A stretch of DNA of 61,440 nucleotides, the filler included. It is 5 parts of 5 records of this genome, joined end to end, with 100 filler letters (N's around TTAATTAATTAA, not from the genome) between each part and the next. Parts side by side here need not be neighbours in the genome. Positions count along the whole stretch, not along the records: positions 51,941 to 61,440 come from DRR723986_12554; 4 more parts are not named here. One strand, 5' to 3'. Both the position numbers and the translations under genes were made by a program. Below the pieces are notes generated by a model that had not been told where the DNA came from, did not search any database, and was given only the letters and a program-made list of their open reading frames with translations. Below, one piece after another: positions 61,338 through 61,440 of the stretch (position 1 is its first letter; every line of letters starts with the position of its first letter).

Positions 61338-61440
61338 TTATCGTTCTTTCACGTAGGGTTCGCCGCCTGCACGGGGCGGAATTGCCTTGCCGACAAACCC
61401 CGCAAGGATCACCACGGTCAGGATATAAGGCAGCGCATCC
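61338..61440 (-). CDS. C-terminal end of an ABC transporter permease (nucleoside-type), runs off the window
   Basis: Reverse strand reads DALPYILTVVILAGFVGKAIPPRAGGEPYVKER*. Confidence 0.8.
   Translation of the reverse strand, partial: DALPYILTVVILAGFVGKAIPPRAGGEPYVKER

Overview
This window is not one locus. It is five assembly contigs joined by artificial 100-bp spacers (44 N + TTAATTAATTAA + 44 N) at 12220-12319, 21271-21370, 46544-46643 and 51841-51940. Contig A (1-12219) is from an FCB/Bacteroidota-like organism, judged by a T9SS C-terminal domain. It carries an SDR, a PDZ-PDZ-T9SS protein, a small membrane DnaJ-type Zn finger protein, a VOC protein, a 505-aa helical hypothetical, a CPA2/Kef antiporter fused to a UBP-type Zn finger, mutM, a Cys-rich secreted orphan and repeat-rich intergenic DNA. 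Contig B (12320-21270) is Planctomycete-like: BlaR1/M56-BlaI, a Tat-exported Gfo/Idh/MocA, an LRR lipoprotein, a GTAG-REP cluster, LysR and partial gltB. Contig C (21371-46543) is AT-richer alphaproteobacterial core genome: hfq-trkH-trkA-ntrXY-ntrCB-dusB, ispDF-pgpA-yeiH-cinA, and ratA-lipA-lpdA-pdhCBA-ftsB-eno. Contig D (46644-51840) holds one 1351-aa double-beta-propeller T9SS adhesin-like gene and shares non-coding repeats with contig A, so it is probably the same genome. Contig E (51941-61440) is Roseobacter-like: ecm, an acyltransferase, ccr, then a CtrA box, a small ORF, luxR, luxI, a RecD-like helicase, an SDR, TIGR02186 and TauE. The best leads are: (i) a CtrA-box-preceded small ORF overlapping luxR, a candidate quorum-sensing accessory; (ii) the Kef-zf-UBP fusion; (iii) a non-coding repeat family and a promoter-like motif shared at the breakpoints of contigs A and D; (iv) a candidate non-canonical BlaI operator pair. 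I found no CRISPR array, rRNA, tRNA or transposase. Taxonomic calls are inferences from protein features; no searches were run.
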